Positions 10,987 to 20,451 of a stretch of DNA of 64,000 nt are shown in pieces. Under the pieces are notes generated by a model. The model was not told the origin of the DNA, did no database searches, and saw only the letters and a program-made list of their open reading frames with translations. A program made the position numbers and the translations under genes. The stretch is taken from the NCBI GenBank assembly GCA_030427725.1, contig JAUICV010000003.1, positions 59,573-123,572 on the forward strand. Direction: 5' to 3'. The first letter of the stretch is position 1; each line of letters begins with the position of its first letter. Source of the DNA: Chlamydiia bacterium (lineage in GTDB: Bacteria; Chlamydiota; Chlamydiia; Chlamydiales; GCA-2402025).

Positions 10987-11151
10987 TTAAAGGTTTCTCC
11001 GATGTTTTCTATTAAAGGAAAAAGTCTAACAAAGGTAGAGCTATTTAAGCAACTGCAAAGATTATCCTTTAGCTTAAGGGAAATAAAACCAATCTAAAGG
11101 AAGTCTTATATCATCAATTTGCCGTGGTAAAGAGGGGTTATTATTGAAATC

Positions 11152-11189
11152 ACAAAGGCACTTGGTTTACTCAAACCAAGTGCCTTTGT
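11152..11189. terminator. 17-bp perfect hairpin downstream of ORF 11215..11517
   Basis: ACAAAGGCACTTGGTTT-ACTC-AAACCAAGTGCCTTTGT. Confidence 0.65.
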
Positions 11190-11214
11190 AATATTTTTGT
11201 CGAATCTAAAGTGA

Positions 11215-11517
11215 TTAGGTGTTTAGAACTTCTAAGGCGTGATCATAAAGAAGCGCAGATGCAACAGTAGCTGTTGTTGTTGAAAAACCTGCTAATGCGA
11301 ATTCCGCTGCCCACCAGGCGCAAGCTGGTATAGTTAAAGCGAAACTTAAGCTTGTAAAAGCTACAAAGGCAGTCGCTGCGCTAGCAAACAAAAGAGCTGT
11401 GACTCGAGTTGTTTTAAGGGCGGTTTTTGTAAATTCTTTAGAAGTTAAAGTTTTTGTTATGTTGTCGAAGCCTTCTTGAATATTCTTCATTGAAGGAGTG
11501 TTTATAGTTAGTTGCAT
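11215..11517 (-). CDS. Small membrane protein, Inc-like
   Basis: 100 aa with an RBS (GAGGGA) upstream and a long Ala-rich bilobed hydrophobic stretch (VTALLFASAATAFVAFTSLSFALTIPACAWWAAEFALAGF...). Confidence 0.6.
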   Translation of the reverse strand: MQLTINTPSMKNIQEGFDNITKTLTSKEFTKTALKTTRVTALLFASAATAFVAFTSLSFALTIPACAWWAAEFALAGFSTTTATVASALLYDHALEVLNT

Positions 11518-11689
11518 AATTCCCTCTTTTTCTTTTTTTGATTAAAAGAATCGAAAACTATAGTAAGTGTTATTGTTTGGTGCAATAAAGAAGGAAAATA
11601 AAGAAAGTTTGTTTATAGGTGTGATGTAATTTATTTTTAAATCACATTAAAAAGTTTGTTTAAAAACAAGAGTCTTTGTAAAAAAAAAA

Positions 11690-12070
11690 TTAATTTGTGC
11701 TTTTTGCTTCGATTGCATAGCGAAGAGCAAGAGATGTGAACGCTGAGATAATGAGGGTTTCGACTATTTTCTCTCCTATGATTGGGAAAATAATTTGAAA
11801 GGCAAGGGTTGTTAGGGCGACGGCTGTGATCGTTTTTAAAACGGCTAATTGAGTATTTCGAGAGGAAAAGTCGGCTTTTTTCAACTTATTGAAGAGATTG
11901 TCGCTTATTTTTTTTCCGGTGGAGGCTACCATAAGAGAGTTGGTTGTATCTATAATCTTTGATCCGATGACATCGGCACTTTTTGCGAGTGCAGAAAGTG
12001 TTTCTAAGGGAAGAGTTTCTTGGATAAAAACTATAGCTATGGTAGGCATATCAGCAATAGGTAAGGTCAT
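11690..12070 (-). CDS. Small membrane protein, Inc-like
   Basis: 126 aa with a GAGGT RBS and a C-terminal bilobed hydrophobic region (TITAVALTTLAFQIIFPIIG...LIISAFTSLAL). Confidence 0.6.
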   Translation of the reverse strand: MTLPIADMPTIAIVFIQETLPLETLSALAKSADVIGSKIIDTTNSLMVASTGKKISDNLFNKLKKADFSSRNTQLAVLKTITAVALTTLAFQIIFPIIGEKIVETLIISAFTSLALRYAIEAKSTN

Positions 12071-12233
12071 GTTTATTTACCTCTTAAATAAATCTTATTT
12101 AGAATAGCTTAAATTAATAGGTAATTAATAACAATAATAACACTTTGTTTGTTTTTGATAGTTTTTGTCACGTTTGCTCTATGAAAAAATTTAAAAATGC
12201 CATATCCTCTAGAGCTTGTATGAAGGTCTTTTA

Positions 12234-13010
12234 ATGAAAACAAATACAATTATTCTTAAGTTCGGCGGAGCAGCTTTTAAAAAACCAGATGATTTTATAA
12301 AAAGAGCTAGTTTTATTAAAAAATTAACTAATCAATATGGTCGAATTGTTGTTGTAGTAAGTGCTATGGAAAATATGACTAGTGATTTACTCAACTTGGC
12401 TAAAAAAATTCATGAAGATCCTCCAAAAAGAGAGCAAGATATGCTTGTTTCAATTGGGGAAAGAATGAGTATGGCTTTATTGGCAATGGCTCTTAATAAA
12501 TTAGGTTTAGATGCTGTTAGTTATACAGGGAGTCAATCGGGTATTATTACAACAAGCTCCCATTTTGAGGCAAAAATCATAGATGTAAGACCAGTTAGGA
12601 TTTTAGAGGCCTTAAGTCAAAATAAAGTTGTTATTGTTGCTGGATTTCAGGGGGTCAGTGAAAAAAAGGAAGTTACGACTTTAGGTCTTGGTGGATCAGA
12701 TACAACAGCTGTTGCGCTTGGCGTTGCTTTAAAGGCTGAAATTGTACGGTTTTGTAAAGATGTTGAAGGGGTCTATAAAGTAGATCCCAAAAAGGAAAAA
12801 TTCCAAAAGCCGTTTTCTTATTTGAATTATAATGAAGCATTAGCGATTGTGCAAAACGGGGCTAAAATTTTACATCCTCGAAGCGTTTTGCTTGCAAAAC
12901 GAAATAAGATTCCTCTTTTGGTAGCATCTTTTCTGCCAGCTTCTTTTGAAGGAACTTGGATAGAAGATAAGGGTTTAGTAAGAGATTCAATGTGTGTATA
13001 TGAAAATTAG
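12234..13010 (+). CDS. lysC: Aspartate kinase, catalytic AAK domain only (no ACT domains)
   Basis: ILKFGG, VVVVSAM, LVSIGE, VAGFQG, TTLGLGGSDTTA, DVEGVYKVDP, GAKILHPRSV. Confidence 0.88.
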   Translation: MKTNTIILKFGGAAFKKPDDFIKRASFIKKLTNQYGRIVVVVSAMENMTSDLLNLAKKIHEDPPKREQDMLVSIGERMSMALLAMALNKLGLDAVSYTGSQSGIITTSSHFEAKIIDVRPVRILEALSQNKVVIVAGFQGVSEKKEVTTLGLGGSDTTAVALGVALKAEIVRFCKDVEGVYKVDPKKEKFQKPFSYLNYNEALAIVQNGAKILHPRSVLLAKRNKIPLLVASFLPASFEGTWIEDKGLVRDSMCVYEN

Positions 13011-13018
13011 CTAAGTTT

Positions 13019-14908
13019 ATGAACTTTTTGGAAAATTTGCTTTCAGAAGATCGCGAAAAAGAGATGACTGATGATTCTTTTCTCGGTTATGACAAAATAT
13101 CACATTTGATTTTAAAAGAGTTTAAATCAAGTGTTGATGACAAAGACTTTTCGGAGAGTTTTTTAACAAAACCCTATTTAAGGTGGATTGATTTTGGAAA
13201 TAAATCTCTGAAGGTTTTGACCTTTTATCCTTTCAGAAAGCATGCATCTAAATTTCTTATGGACATGCTTACAAATTATCTCCTTCCAAAAAGGTATCTC
13301 AAAATTTCTAGATGTTATTTTTGCAATCATGAAACAGAGAAGCAGGAATTAACGGTTTGTGAGATTGTCTTAGAGTTTGAAAGTCTTTGGGAAAAAGACT
13401 TAGCTATCATGAATTTAGAGCTTAAACAGCAAGAGATTTGTTTAGGACTTAGTTCAGCATATAAAGCCCAAAAAATTTTAGAAATGCAGTGGGAAGCTCA
13501 CCAGGAAAAACTTGCTCGTGTTCAAGAAATTCTAAATTATCTGATTGAAAGATTTCCATTATCTATCGATTACGACGTTTTTACGTTAATGCAGCAAATT
13601 TTTTTAGATGTAAAACAATCGTTTAAAATGGTGCGTGAGCCAAAGCAACTTGTGAAATTGGTGGTGGCATTATATTTTTTGCAGAAAGAACTGGTTAAAG
13701 CCTGCGAATTGGATCCTAAAAAAAGACATCTCTTCCTAAGTATAAAACATGCAAAAATACATCAGCCACTAGGTATTAAATCTGTTTTGGGAATAAGTGT
13801 TTGTTTCAACTTTCTCCAAGAGAATGAAAATTTTTCTAAGAAACAATATTTTAGAGCGATTTCTAGTGTCGTTAGGGGCGTTGAATATGTAGAGGATTCC
13901 TATTTAGAAGTAGAGGTTGAAGAAGGGATTGGGAAGGGATGTTATATAGAAATTTCTAAAACATCTAACATAGCATTTTCTTTAGATGAGATTAAAAAGC
14001 TTAAAAATAGACTGACATCACATCTTATTGGAGGGATAGAGCATTTGCAAAGACCTGTCTTTATGCCCAGAAATGAAGAAGAGGTGATGAAAAATATTGT
14101 TCTATTATCAGGTCAGCTTAAGTATGTGAAAGATATTCCTCAGGTCATTATCTCATTTGATGAACAAACGTATAGTAGCTTAACCTTTACAGTGATTTTA
14201 GTTCGGCTATTACAGGATGGATGTCAAAATGCCAAGATACTCTTAAAAATGATTAAGTCGGGGTTTCAGGTTGTTTTAGAAAGAGAAAGGATGTTGGGAA
14301 AAATCCGGCATAAATACTCAAAGGAAGCCTTAGTGATGAGAATGTCCTTAGAAGCTAAAGGGTTTTTAAGAGAAGACGATTCCATCGATTTATACAAAGC
14401 TAGGCAGTCAATTTTAAAAGAATTAGAGAAAGTTTTTGGTAGAGTGCGTGATTTCAATGGAGGGATGATATCAAAGCAGGTAGAAGCTTTTATAAAGCTC
14501 CGAAAAGCATTGGGAACGAAAGCTTCAGAAAATCGATTTTTGTTGGAAAACTTTTTCCATTCAATTTACCCCATTGAGATGAGAAGTGTCATTTCTACAA
14601 AACCATTATCAAAACTTTTTACCTTATTATTGGATAGAATAAAACGTGGCAGCGTTGAGAGTAAGACTTGTGTAAAAGCTCAGATAGAAGGAAATGGATT
14701 CGATGTATTTTTAATTGAGTTTAATGATCTGGGTCTTAAACAAAAAGTTGTTGATCAAATGGCCTCGCTTCAAATTATGTCTAGGAAGTTGATTCAACTG
14801 CATTTGACAACGTTAGATCGGACTTTTTTGGGGTATATCTATTTTTACGGAGAAAAAGTTTCTAAGAGAGCCTTCCAGGACGCTTTGTATAGAGCTCTTG
14901 ACATTTGA
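13019..14908 (+). CDS. Hypothetical protein (629 aa)
   Basis: Long ORF co-oriented between lysC and rpe; contains conserved-looking blocks (PVFMPRNEEEVMKNI, RDFNGGMISKQ, ENFFHSIYP); no family assigned. Confidence 0.75.
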   Translation: MNFLENLLSEDREKEMTDDSFLGYDKISHLILKEFKSSVDDKDFSESFLTKPYLRWIDFGNKSLKVLTFYPFRKHASKFLMDMLTNYLLPKRYLKISRCYFCNHETEKQELTVCEIVLEFESLWEKDLAIMNLELKQQEICLGLSSAYKAQKILEMQWEAHQEKLARVQEILNYLIERFPLSIDYDVFTLMQQIFLDVKQSFKMVREPKQLVKLVVALYFLQKELVKACELDPKKRHLFLSIKHAKIHQPLGIKSVLGISVCFNFLQENENFSKKQYFRAISSVVRGVEYVEDSYLEVEVEEGIGKGCYIEISKTSNIAFSLDEIKKLKNRLTSHLIGGIEHLQRPVFMPRNEEEVMKNIVLLSGQLKYVKDIPQVIISFDEQTYSSLTFTVILVRLLQDGCQNAKILLKMIKSGFQVVLERERMLGKIRHKYSKEALVMRMSLEAKGFLREDDSIDLYKARQSILKELEKVFGRVRDFNGGMISKQVEAFIKLRKALGTKASENRFLLENFFHSIYPIEMRSVISTKPLSKLFTLLLDRIKRGSVESKTCVKAQIEGNGFDVFLIEFNDLGLKQKVVDQMASLQIMSRKLIQLHLTTLDRTFLGYIYFYGEKVSKRAFQDALYRALDI

Positions 14909-14927
14909 GGATGTCATCTTTTACCTT
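14898..14927 (+). promoter_or_regulatory. Putative sigma66/sigma70 promoter of the rpe-yvcK-HAD-efp-accBC run
   Basis: TTGACA-N18-TACCTT upstream of the rpe ATG; the -35 lies inside a TGACAT-N6-ATGTCA palindrome. Confidence 0.4.
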
Positions 14928-14960
14928 TTTACGAAACAATTTGTCATAACTGGAGAAAAT

Positions 14961-15695
14961 ATGGGATCCCATTTAACAACGCAGGTTGCACCGTCACTTC
15001 TTGCTGGAGATTTTGGAAGACTAGCTGAAGAGGCAAAACGGATAGAAGATGCGGGGGCAGATGCATTGCATTTTGATATTATGGATGGGCATTTCGTAAA
15101 AAATTTGACTCTAGGGCCAAAAGCTTTGGGTGCTGTTAATAAAGCAACAGATCTGTTTTTAGATGTTCATATTATGGTCTATCACCCTTTTGAGTATATT
15201 GAAAGACTTGTAGAAAATGGAGCGGATCGTATTACGTTCCATCTAGAAGCTACTGAAGATGTGGAAGAAACCCTAAATTATATAAGGAAATGTAATGTCC
15301 AAGCAGGGTTGGCTATCTGTCCTGATACTTCATGCTCGCTTCTTCTTAAGTATTTAAATAAATGTGACCTGGTGTTGCTGATGACAGTTCACCCTGGGTT
15401 TGGTGGACAAGCCTTTATTCCTAATGTGTTGGAAGATGTTAAATTTCTTCGAGAAACGTGTGATAAGCTGGATTTAAGAAAAGGCGGAGTTACTCCCTCT
15501 AAAGACAGTCCAAAAGATGTGAAACAACTTCCTGGCTTTGATATTCAAGTGGATGGAGGAATTAATTTTGAAACGGCTAAAGATTGTGTAAAAGCTGGCG
15601 CTAACGTTTTGGTTTCAGGGTCTCATCTCTTTAAATCAAAAGACATGGCTGCAAGCATTAAGGATATGAAAAAGTTAGAAGTTGGACACAGTTAA
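14961..15695 (+). CDS. rpe: Ribulose-phosphate 3-epimerase
   Basis: APSLLAGDF, HFDIMDGHFV, DVHIMV, MTVHPGFGGQ, VDGGIN; GGAGA RBS before ATG 14961. Confidence 0.96.
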   Translation: MGSHLTTQVAPSLLAGDFGRLAEEAKRIEDAGADALHFDIMDGHFVKNLTLGPKALGAVNKATDLFLDVHIMVYHPFEYIERLVENGADRITFHLEATEDVEETLNYIRKCNVQAGLAICPDTSCSLLLKYLNKCDLVLLMTVHPGFGGQAFIPNVLEDVKFLRETCDKLDLRKGGVTPSKDSPKDVKQLPGFDIQVDGGINFETAKDCVKAGANVLVSGSHLFKSKDMAASIKDMKKLEVGHS

Positions 15696-16657
15696 TGAAA
15701 AAAATTGTTGTCATAGGAGGGGGGACTGGTAATTTTGCAGTCTTAGAAGGGCTCAAAAACTATCCTGTGGACCTTACTGCAATTGTTTCCATGGCAGATG
15801 ACGGAGGAAGTACAGGAGTTTTGAGAGATGAACTTGGTGTGTTGCCTCCTGGGGATGTCAGGCAGTGTATCGTGGCACTTTCAGATTCATCAAGGCTTAT
15901 GAGAAGTCTTATGAATTTTCGTTTTGAAAGTGGAGGATTGGAAGGGCATAGTTTTGGGAATCTTCTGTTGTCAGCTCTAGAAAAAGTTACAGGGAGTTTT
16001 GAGTTAGCCGTTGAAGAAGTTGGGAAGATAATGGCGATTAAAGGAAATGTGATTCCTGTGACGACGCATCATACAAGACTTCGTATGGTTTTAAAAAACA
16101 AGAAGATCTTAGAAGGGGAAAAGGAAGTTTATTTATCTCAAGAAATTGATCAAGGGTATGAAAGTATCTATTTAGAGCCTTACGCGGAAGCTAATACAAT
16201 GGCTTTATCGGCTATTAACAATGCCGATCTTGTTGTTTTTGGGCCGGGCGGTCTTCATACATCTCTTATTCCAAATCTCTTAGTTGATGGGATTGTTGAT
16301 GCATTAGATCAAGCTAGAGCTAAGAAAGTGTTTATCGCGAACCTGATGAATAGAAAAGGTCAGACGACAGGTTTTAAGGTGAGTGACTATGTTTCAGAGC
16401 TTGTTAAATTTATTGGAAAAGATCTTTTTGATTATATCATCGTTAATAAAGGAAAGCCTCCTCAAGAATTAATCGATATTTATAAAGAAGAAGGGGAGCT
16501 TGTAGAAAATGATCTCAAAGAAAGTAGAGTTCTCGAAGCTCATCTTTTAGGGGATCTTAAAGAAAAGGCTAGAAAAGATCTTTTAAAAAGAAACTTGATC
16601 AGACATAATTCAAAAAAACTTGCATGCGAGCTATTTAAAATTGCTGATAATCTTTGA
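15695..16657 (+). CDS. YvcK/GlmR family (UPF0052, CofD-like) UDP-sugar-binding protein
   Basis: VVIGGGTG, DDGGSTGVLR, PPGDVR, GHSFGNL, GPGGLHTSLIPNL. Confidence 0.92.
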   Translation: MKKIVVIGGGTGNFAVLEGLKNYPVDLTAIVSMADDGGSTGVLRDELGVLPPGDVRQCIVALSDSSRLMRSLMNFRFESGGLEGHSFGNLLLSALEKVTGSFELAVEEVGKIMAIKGNVIPVTTHHTRLRMVLKNKKILEGEKEVYLSQEIDQGYESIYLEPYAEANTMALSAINNADLVVFGPGGLHTSLIPNLLVDGIVDALDQARAKKVFIANLMNRKGQTTGFKVSDYVSELVKFIGKDLFDYIIVNKGKPPQELIDIYKEEGELVENDLKESRVLEAHLLGDLKEKARKDLLKRNLIRHNSKKLACELFKIADNL

Positions 16658-17312
16658 TTTAGATGACACTCTCATAGACACAAGTGGGTCTATTTTGCCC
16701 TTCAAGATCAAAATGATCATTGAAGAGCTTTTAGATTCAGGGGTTTCAATTGATAAGAATAAGGCTTTAAATGAGCTCAGAGTCCTAAATGCCTATAGTA
16801 GCAGTCTCCAAGAAGCCTTTTCAGAGTTTTTAGAAATAAATAGTATTAGTTTGAAATATTTAGAGCCTATTTTAGAAAAAACTTTAACAAATTTAGATGA
16901 TTTATTTGCTATAGATCTCGTGCCAAATACTAAAGAAATTTTAACAGAACTTGTTAGAAAACATACACTTGCGATTGTGACATATGGTAAAAAACAATTT
17001 CAACTTGAAAAGTTGAAAAAAGCTGGTGTAGATACCTCAGTTTTTAGTAGGATTATTGTCAGTGAAAGTAAGGATAAAATGCCTCATTATCAAGCTCTTT
17101 TAAGTGAGCTTGATGTTCCTGCGTCTGAAGTGCTCGTATGTGGTGATCGAATTCATCGAGATCTGTCTCCTGCTAAAGAACTTGGTTTTAAAACAGTGCA
17201 CCTGAAGTGGGGGCGAGGTTTAGGAGAAGAAGCTGTAGACAGCGCTGTAGACTTCTCCATCGCTAATTTAAGTGAAATAAAAGTTATTGTGAATCAGTTT
17301 GAAAATACATAA
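16641..17312 (+). CDS. HAD-superfamily hydrolase
   Basis: Motif I FDLDDTL, motif II VTYG, motif IV GDRIHRD; TTG start at 16641 inferred. Confidence 0.88.
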   Translation: MLIIFDLDDTLIDTSGSILPFKIKMIIEELLDSGVSIDKNKALNELRVLNAYSSSLQEAFSEFLEINSISLKYLEPILEKTLTNLDDLFAIDLVPNTKEILTELVRKHTLAIVTYGKKQFQLEKLKKAGVDTSVFSRIIVSESKDKMPHYQALLSELDVPASEVLVCGDRIHRDLSPAKELGFKTVHLKWGRGLGEEAVDSAVDFSIANLSEIKVIVNQFENT

Positions 17313-17322
17313 AAGGTAAAAC

Positions 17323-17883
17323 ATGACAACAACCAGCAATCAAATTAGTCCAGGGATAACCATTTCGTTAGACAATGAAATTTTTCGTGTTGAATCAGCT
17401 GTAAAAGTTACCGTAGCTAAAGGTGTTCCTTTTATTAAAACGAAACTGAAAAATTTAATCACTGAAGAGATAATTGAGAGAAATTTTAAGTTAGATCAGG
17501 AAGTTAAAGAAGTTTCACTTGAAGAAAGATTATTAGAGTTTCTTTACATGGAAGGAAAGGATTATCTTTTCTTGGATGTAGAACAGTTAGCGCAAGTACT
17601 AGTTTCCGCGCACGTGATAGGAGATAAAGTTAACTTTTTGAAAGAAAGTACTCAACTAAAAGCTTTGTTTTATGGTGATACAATTTTTTCAGTAGAGCTA
17701 CCGCAGTTTTTAGAGTTGATGGTTGTCAAAACTGAGACACCTCAATCAACAGTTGCTGTAGCAAACTCAAATAAGTATGCCATATTGGAAACTGGAGCTA
17801 AGGTCGAAGTTCCGTTGTTTGTTGAGTCTGGTGATATTGTCAAAGTTGATACGGCGACATGTGAATATATTCAAAGGGTTTAA
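17323..17883 (+). CDS. efp: Elongation factor P (divergent chlamydial paralog)
   Basis: EF-P fold signatures (FLYMEG, VELP, ETGAKVEVPLFV..GD.VKVDT...YIQRV); loop reads VAKG instead of PGKG; syntenic with accB-accC. Confidence 0.9.
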   Translation: MTTTSNQISPGITISLDNEIFRVESAVKVTVAKGVPFIKTKLKNLITEEIIERNFKLDQEVKEVSLEERLLEFLYMEGKDYLFLDVEQLAQVLVSAHVIGDKVNFLKESTQLKALFYGDTIFSVELPQFLELMVVKTETPQSTVAVANSNKYAILETGAKVEVPLFVESGDIVKVDTATCEYIQRV

Positions 17884-17908
17884 TGAAAGGTTAGATAGAG
17901 GAGTTTTT

Positions 17909-18361
17909 GTGGATATAGATCAGATCAAAGAGCTTATTAAAACGTTAGAAGAGTCAGGTTTAGACAAGTTGACTCTAAAAGATAAAGATGGCAGTGAGAT
18001 TCATTTGGAGAAAACTGCTCAACCATCTCCAAGGGTTGTTACAGAACACGCTGCTCCAGCTGTTGTGCATCAAGTGGCTCCTTTGCAATCTGCTCCACAG
18101 CAGCCGCAACAAGCTGAGGCTAGTGTAGGAGAGAGTATTACATCTCCATTAGTTGGAACTTTTTACTCGGCTCCATCTCCTGAAGATCCTCCTTTTGTAA
18201 AAGTTGGAGACATGGTCAAAGAGGACTCTGTTGTTTGTATTGTAGAGGCCATGAAGGTTATGAATGAGGTAAAGGCTGGAAAAAGTGGTAAGGTTACACA
18301 AATTTGTGTATCGGATGCCGATCCAGTTGAGTTTGGAACAAAATTATTTACAGTAGAGTAG
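17909..18361 (+). CDS. accB: Acetyl-CoA carboxylase biotin carboxyl carrier protein
   Basis: SPLVGTFY and EAMKVMNE biotinylation motif; GAGGAG RBS before GTG 17909. Confidence 0.96.
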   Translation: MDIDQIKELIKTLEESGLDKLTLKDKDGSEIHLEKTAQPSPRVVTEHAAPAVVHQVAPLQSAPQQPQQAEASVGESITSPLVGTFYSAPSPEDPPFVKVGDMVKEDSVVCIVEAMKVMNEVKAGKSGKVTQICVSDADPVEFGTKLFTVE

Positions 18362-18368
18362 GTTCTAT

Positions 18369-19739
18369 ATGAAGAAGGTTTTAATAGCGAATCGAGGCGA
18401 GATAGCAGTTAGAATCATAAGAGCGTGTCAGGACTTAGGACTGCATACAGTTGCGGTTTATTCTCAGGCAGATGCAGAAGCGCTGCATGTCTTACATGCA
18501 GATGAAGCAATTTGTATTGGAGAGGCAGCTCCTGCAAAGTCATACTTGAAAGTATCAAACATCTTGTCAGCTTGTGAGGTGACAGGTGCTGATGCCGTTC
18601 ACCCTGGCTACGGGTTCTTATCAGAGAATGCGAATTTTGCAGCGATATGCGAAAGTTCTGGGCTTACTTTTATTGGACCTTCTTCAGAAACGATTTCACT
18701 ATTAGGTGATAAGGCTCAGGCTAAAGCGTTAGCTAAAAGTGTTAAATGTCCTGTAATCCCTGGAACTGATGGGGTTGTTGAAACTTTAGAAGAAGCTCTC
18801 GATCAAGCAGAGCAGATTGGATATCCGGTTTTTATCAAGGCCTCAGCTGGAGGTGGTGGTAAAGGGATTCGAGTAGCTTTTGATGTAGAAGACTTTAAAA
18901 AGAAGTTTGTTCAAGCGAAAACAGAAGCAGAGATTTCCTTTAATAATTCAGATGTTTATCTAGAAAAGATGATCGTTAATCCAAGACATATCGAAGTGCA
19001 ACTTTTAGCAGATAAGCATGGGAATGTTTTACATCTTGGGGAAAGAGACTGTACAGTTCAAAGACGTAGGCAAAAGCTGATTGAAGAGACTCCAAGTCCT
19101 GTGTTAACGCCAGCTTTAAGAAAGAAAATGGGTGAAGCTGCTGTGGCTTTAGCAAAAGCTGCTAATTATCATACAGCTGGAACGGTTGAATTCTTACTTG
19201 ATGAAGATAATAATTTTTACTTCATGGAAGTTAATACTAGAATTCAAGTTGAGCATACGGTCTCTGAAGAAATTACAGGAATAGATCTTCTTGTTGAGCA
19301 AATTAAAGCTGCTAGAGGAGAAAAGCTTAAGATGAAACAGAAAGATATTCAATTTTCTGGTCATGTCTTTGAATTTCGAATCAATGCAGAAGATCCGAAA
19401 AACAACTTTTGTCCTTCTCCGGGATTATTAGAATATTATATTCCTCCTGGTGGTCCGCATGTACGGATCGATAGTGCTTGCTATTCTGGGTATAAAATTC
19501 CTCCAAACTACGATTCAATGATTGCGAAACTTATAGTGAAAGGTAAAGATCGAACTGAAGCAATTCAGATAGCGAAAAGGGCCTTAAAAGAGTTTCACAT
19601 CGGAAGCATTCATACAACAATAGCTTTTCATCAATACATGTTAGAGAACGAAAAGTTTTTATCAGGTGTTTATAACCTGAATTTTGTAGATGAGCTAGTT
19701 GAATCAGGTGAGCTTTTCAAAGAGACTTCTAAAGTCTAA
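18369..19739 (+). CDS. accC: Acetyl-CoA carboxylase biotin carboxylase subunit
   Basis: LIANRGEIA, HPGYGFLSEN, GGGGKG, ERDCTVQRR.QK, EVNTRIQVEH, RINAED. Confidence 0.97.
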   Translation: MKKVLIANRGEIAVRIIRACQDLGLHTVAVYSQADAEALHVLHADEAICIGEAAPAKSYLKVSNILSACEVTGADAVHPGYGFLSENANFAAICESSGLTFIGPSSETISLLGDKAQAKALAKSVKCPVIPGTDGVVETLEEALDQAEQIGYPVFIKASAGGGGKGIRVAFDVEDFKKKFVQAKTEAEISFNNSDVYLEKMIVNPRHIEVQLLADKHGNVLHLGERDCTVQRRRQKLIEETPSPVLTPALRKKMGEAAVALAKAANYHTAGTVEFLLDEDNNFYFMEVNTRIQVEHTVSEEITGIDLLVEQIKAARGEKLKMKQKDIQFSGHVFEFRINAEDPKNNFCPSPGLLEYYIPPGGPHVRIDSACYSGYKIPPNYDSMIAKLIVKGKDRTEAIQIAKRALKEFHIGSIHTTIAFHQYMLENEKFLSGVYNLNFVDELVESGELFKETSKV

Positions 19740-19794
19740 AATAGCTTGATATTTTCTCTTTGCATCAAATAGGCTGAAACCTATTTCAAAATCG

Positions 19795-20442
19795 ATGATA
19801 GGGAGAGTCAAATTGAGATTGAAGTTTATCGTAGTTTCATTGTGCTTATGTCTAATCAATGGTTTTGCTGTGAGTGAAGAAATACTAGATTCAAGTATCT
19901 ATAGTCCATTTTCTGGTGAGTTAAAGCCTTTAATTTCAAAACATCAAATTGAGCAAAAGATTCAAAATCTTGCAAACACTTTAGAAAGTGATTATGCGGG
20001 AAAAGACATCGTTTTTGTTGCAGTTATGAAAGGATCTGTTTGCTTTGTATCTGATCTGATGATGAATCTTAACCATCGTTGCCATTTAGAAATTATCCGT
20101 GCGTCAAGTTATGGTTTAAAAGGTGCTCAAAGAGGGGAGCTTACTGTTCTTGGGTTAGGGTCTCTTTCTTTACAAGATAAACATGTAATTATTGTGGATG
20201 ATATTTGTGACTCTGGTCAGACAATGATTAAGCTTAAAAACCATTTAGCAGAGTTAAATCCAGCATCGATAAAAACCTTGGTATTACTAACTAAAAATGT
20301 AGAAAAACTAGCAGGGCACAGCAAGGTGGATTATAGTCTTTTTGATATTGAAGATCACTTTGTTGTTGGATATGGTCTTGATTACAAAGAGTATTTCAGA
20401 AATCTTCCAGGTATTTATCTTTTCGAGTCTAGACAACAATAA
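19795..20442 (+). CDS. hpt: Hypoxanthine phosphoribosyltransferase with an N-terminal signal-peptide-like extension
   Basis: VMKGS, ASSYG, IIVDDICDSGQT (PRPP motif), FVVGYGLDY..YFRNLP. Confidence 0.9.
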   Translation: MIGRVKLRLKFIVVSLCLCLINGFAVSEEILDSSIYSPFSGELKPLISKHQIEQKIQNLANTLESDYAGKDIVFVAVMKGSVCFVSDLMMNLNHRCHLEIIRASSYGLKGAQRGELTVLGLGSLSLQDKHVIIVDDICDSGQTMIKLKNHLAELNPASIKTLVLLTKNVEKLAGHSKVDYSLFDIEDHFVVGYGLDYKEYFRNLPGIYLFESRQQ

Positions 20443-20451
20443 GCTGTAGTT

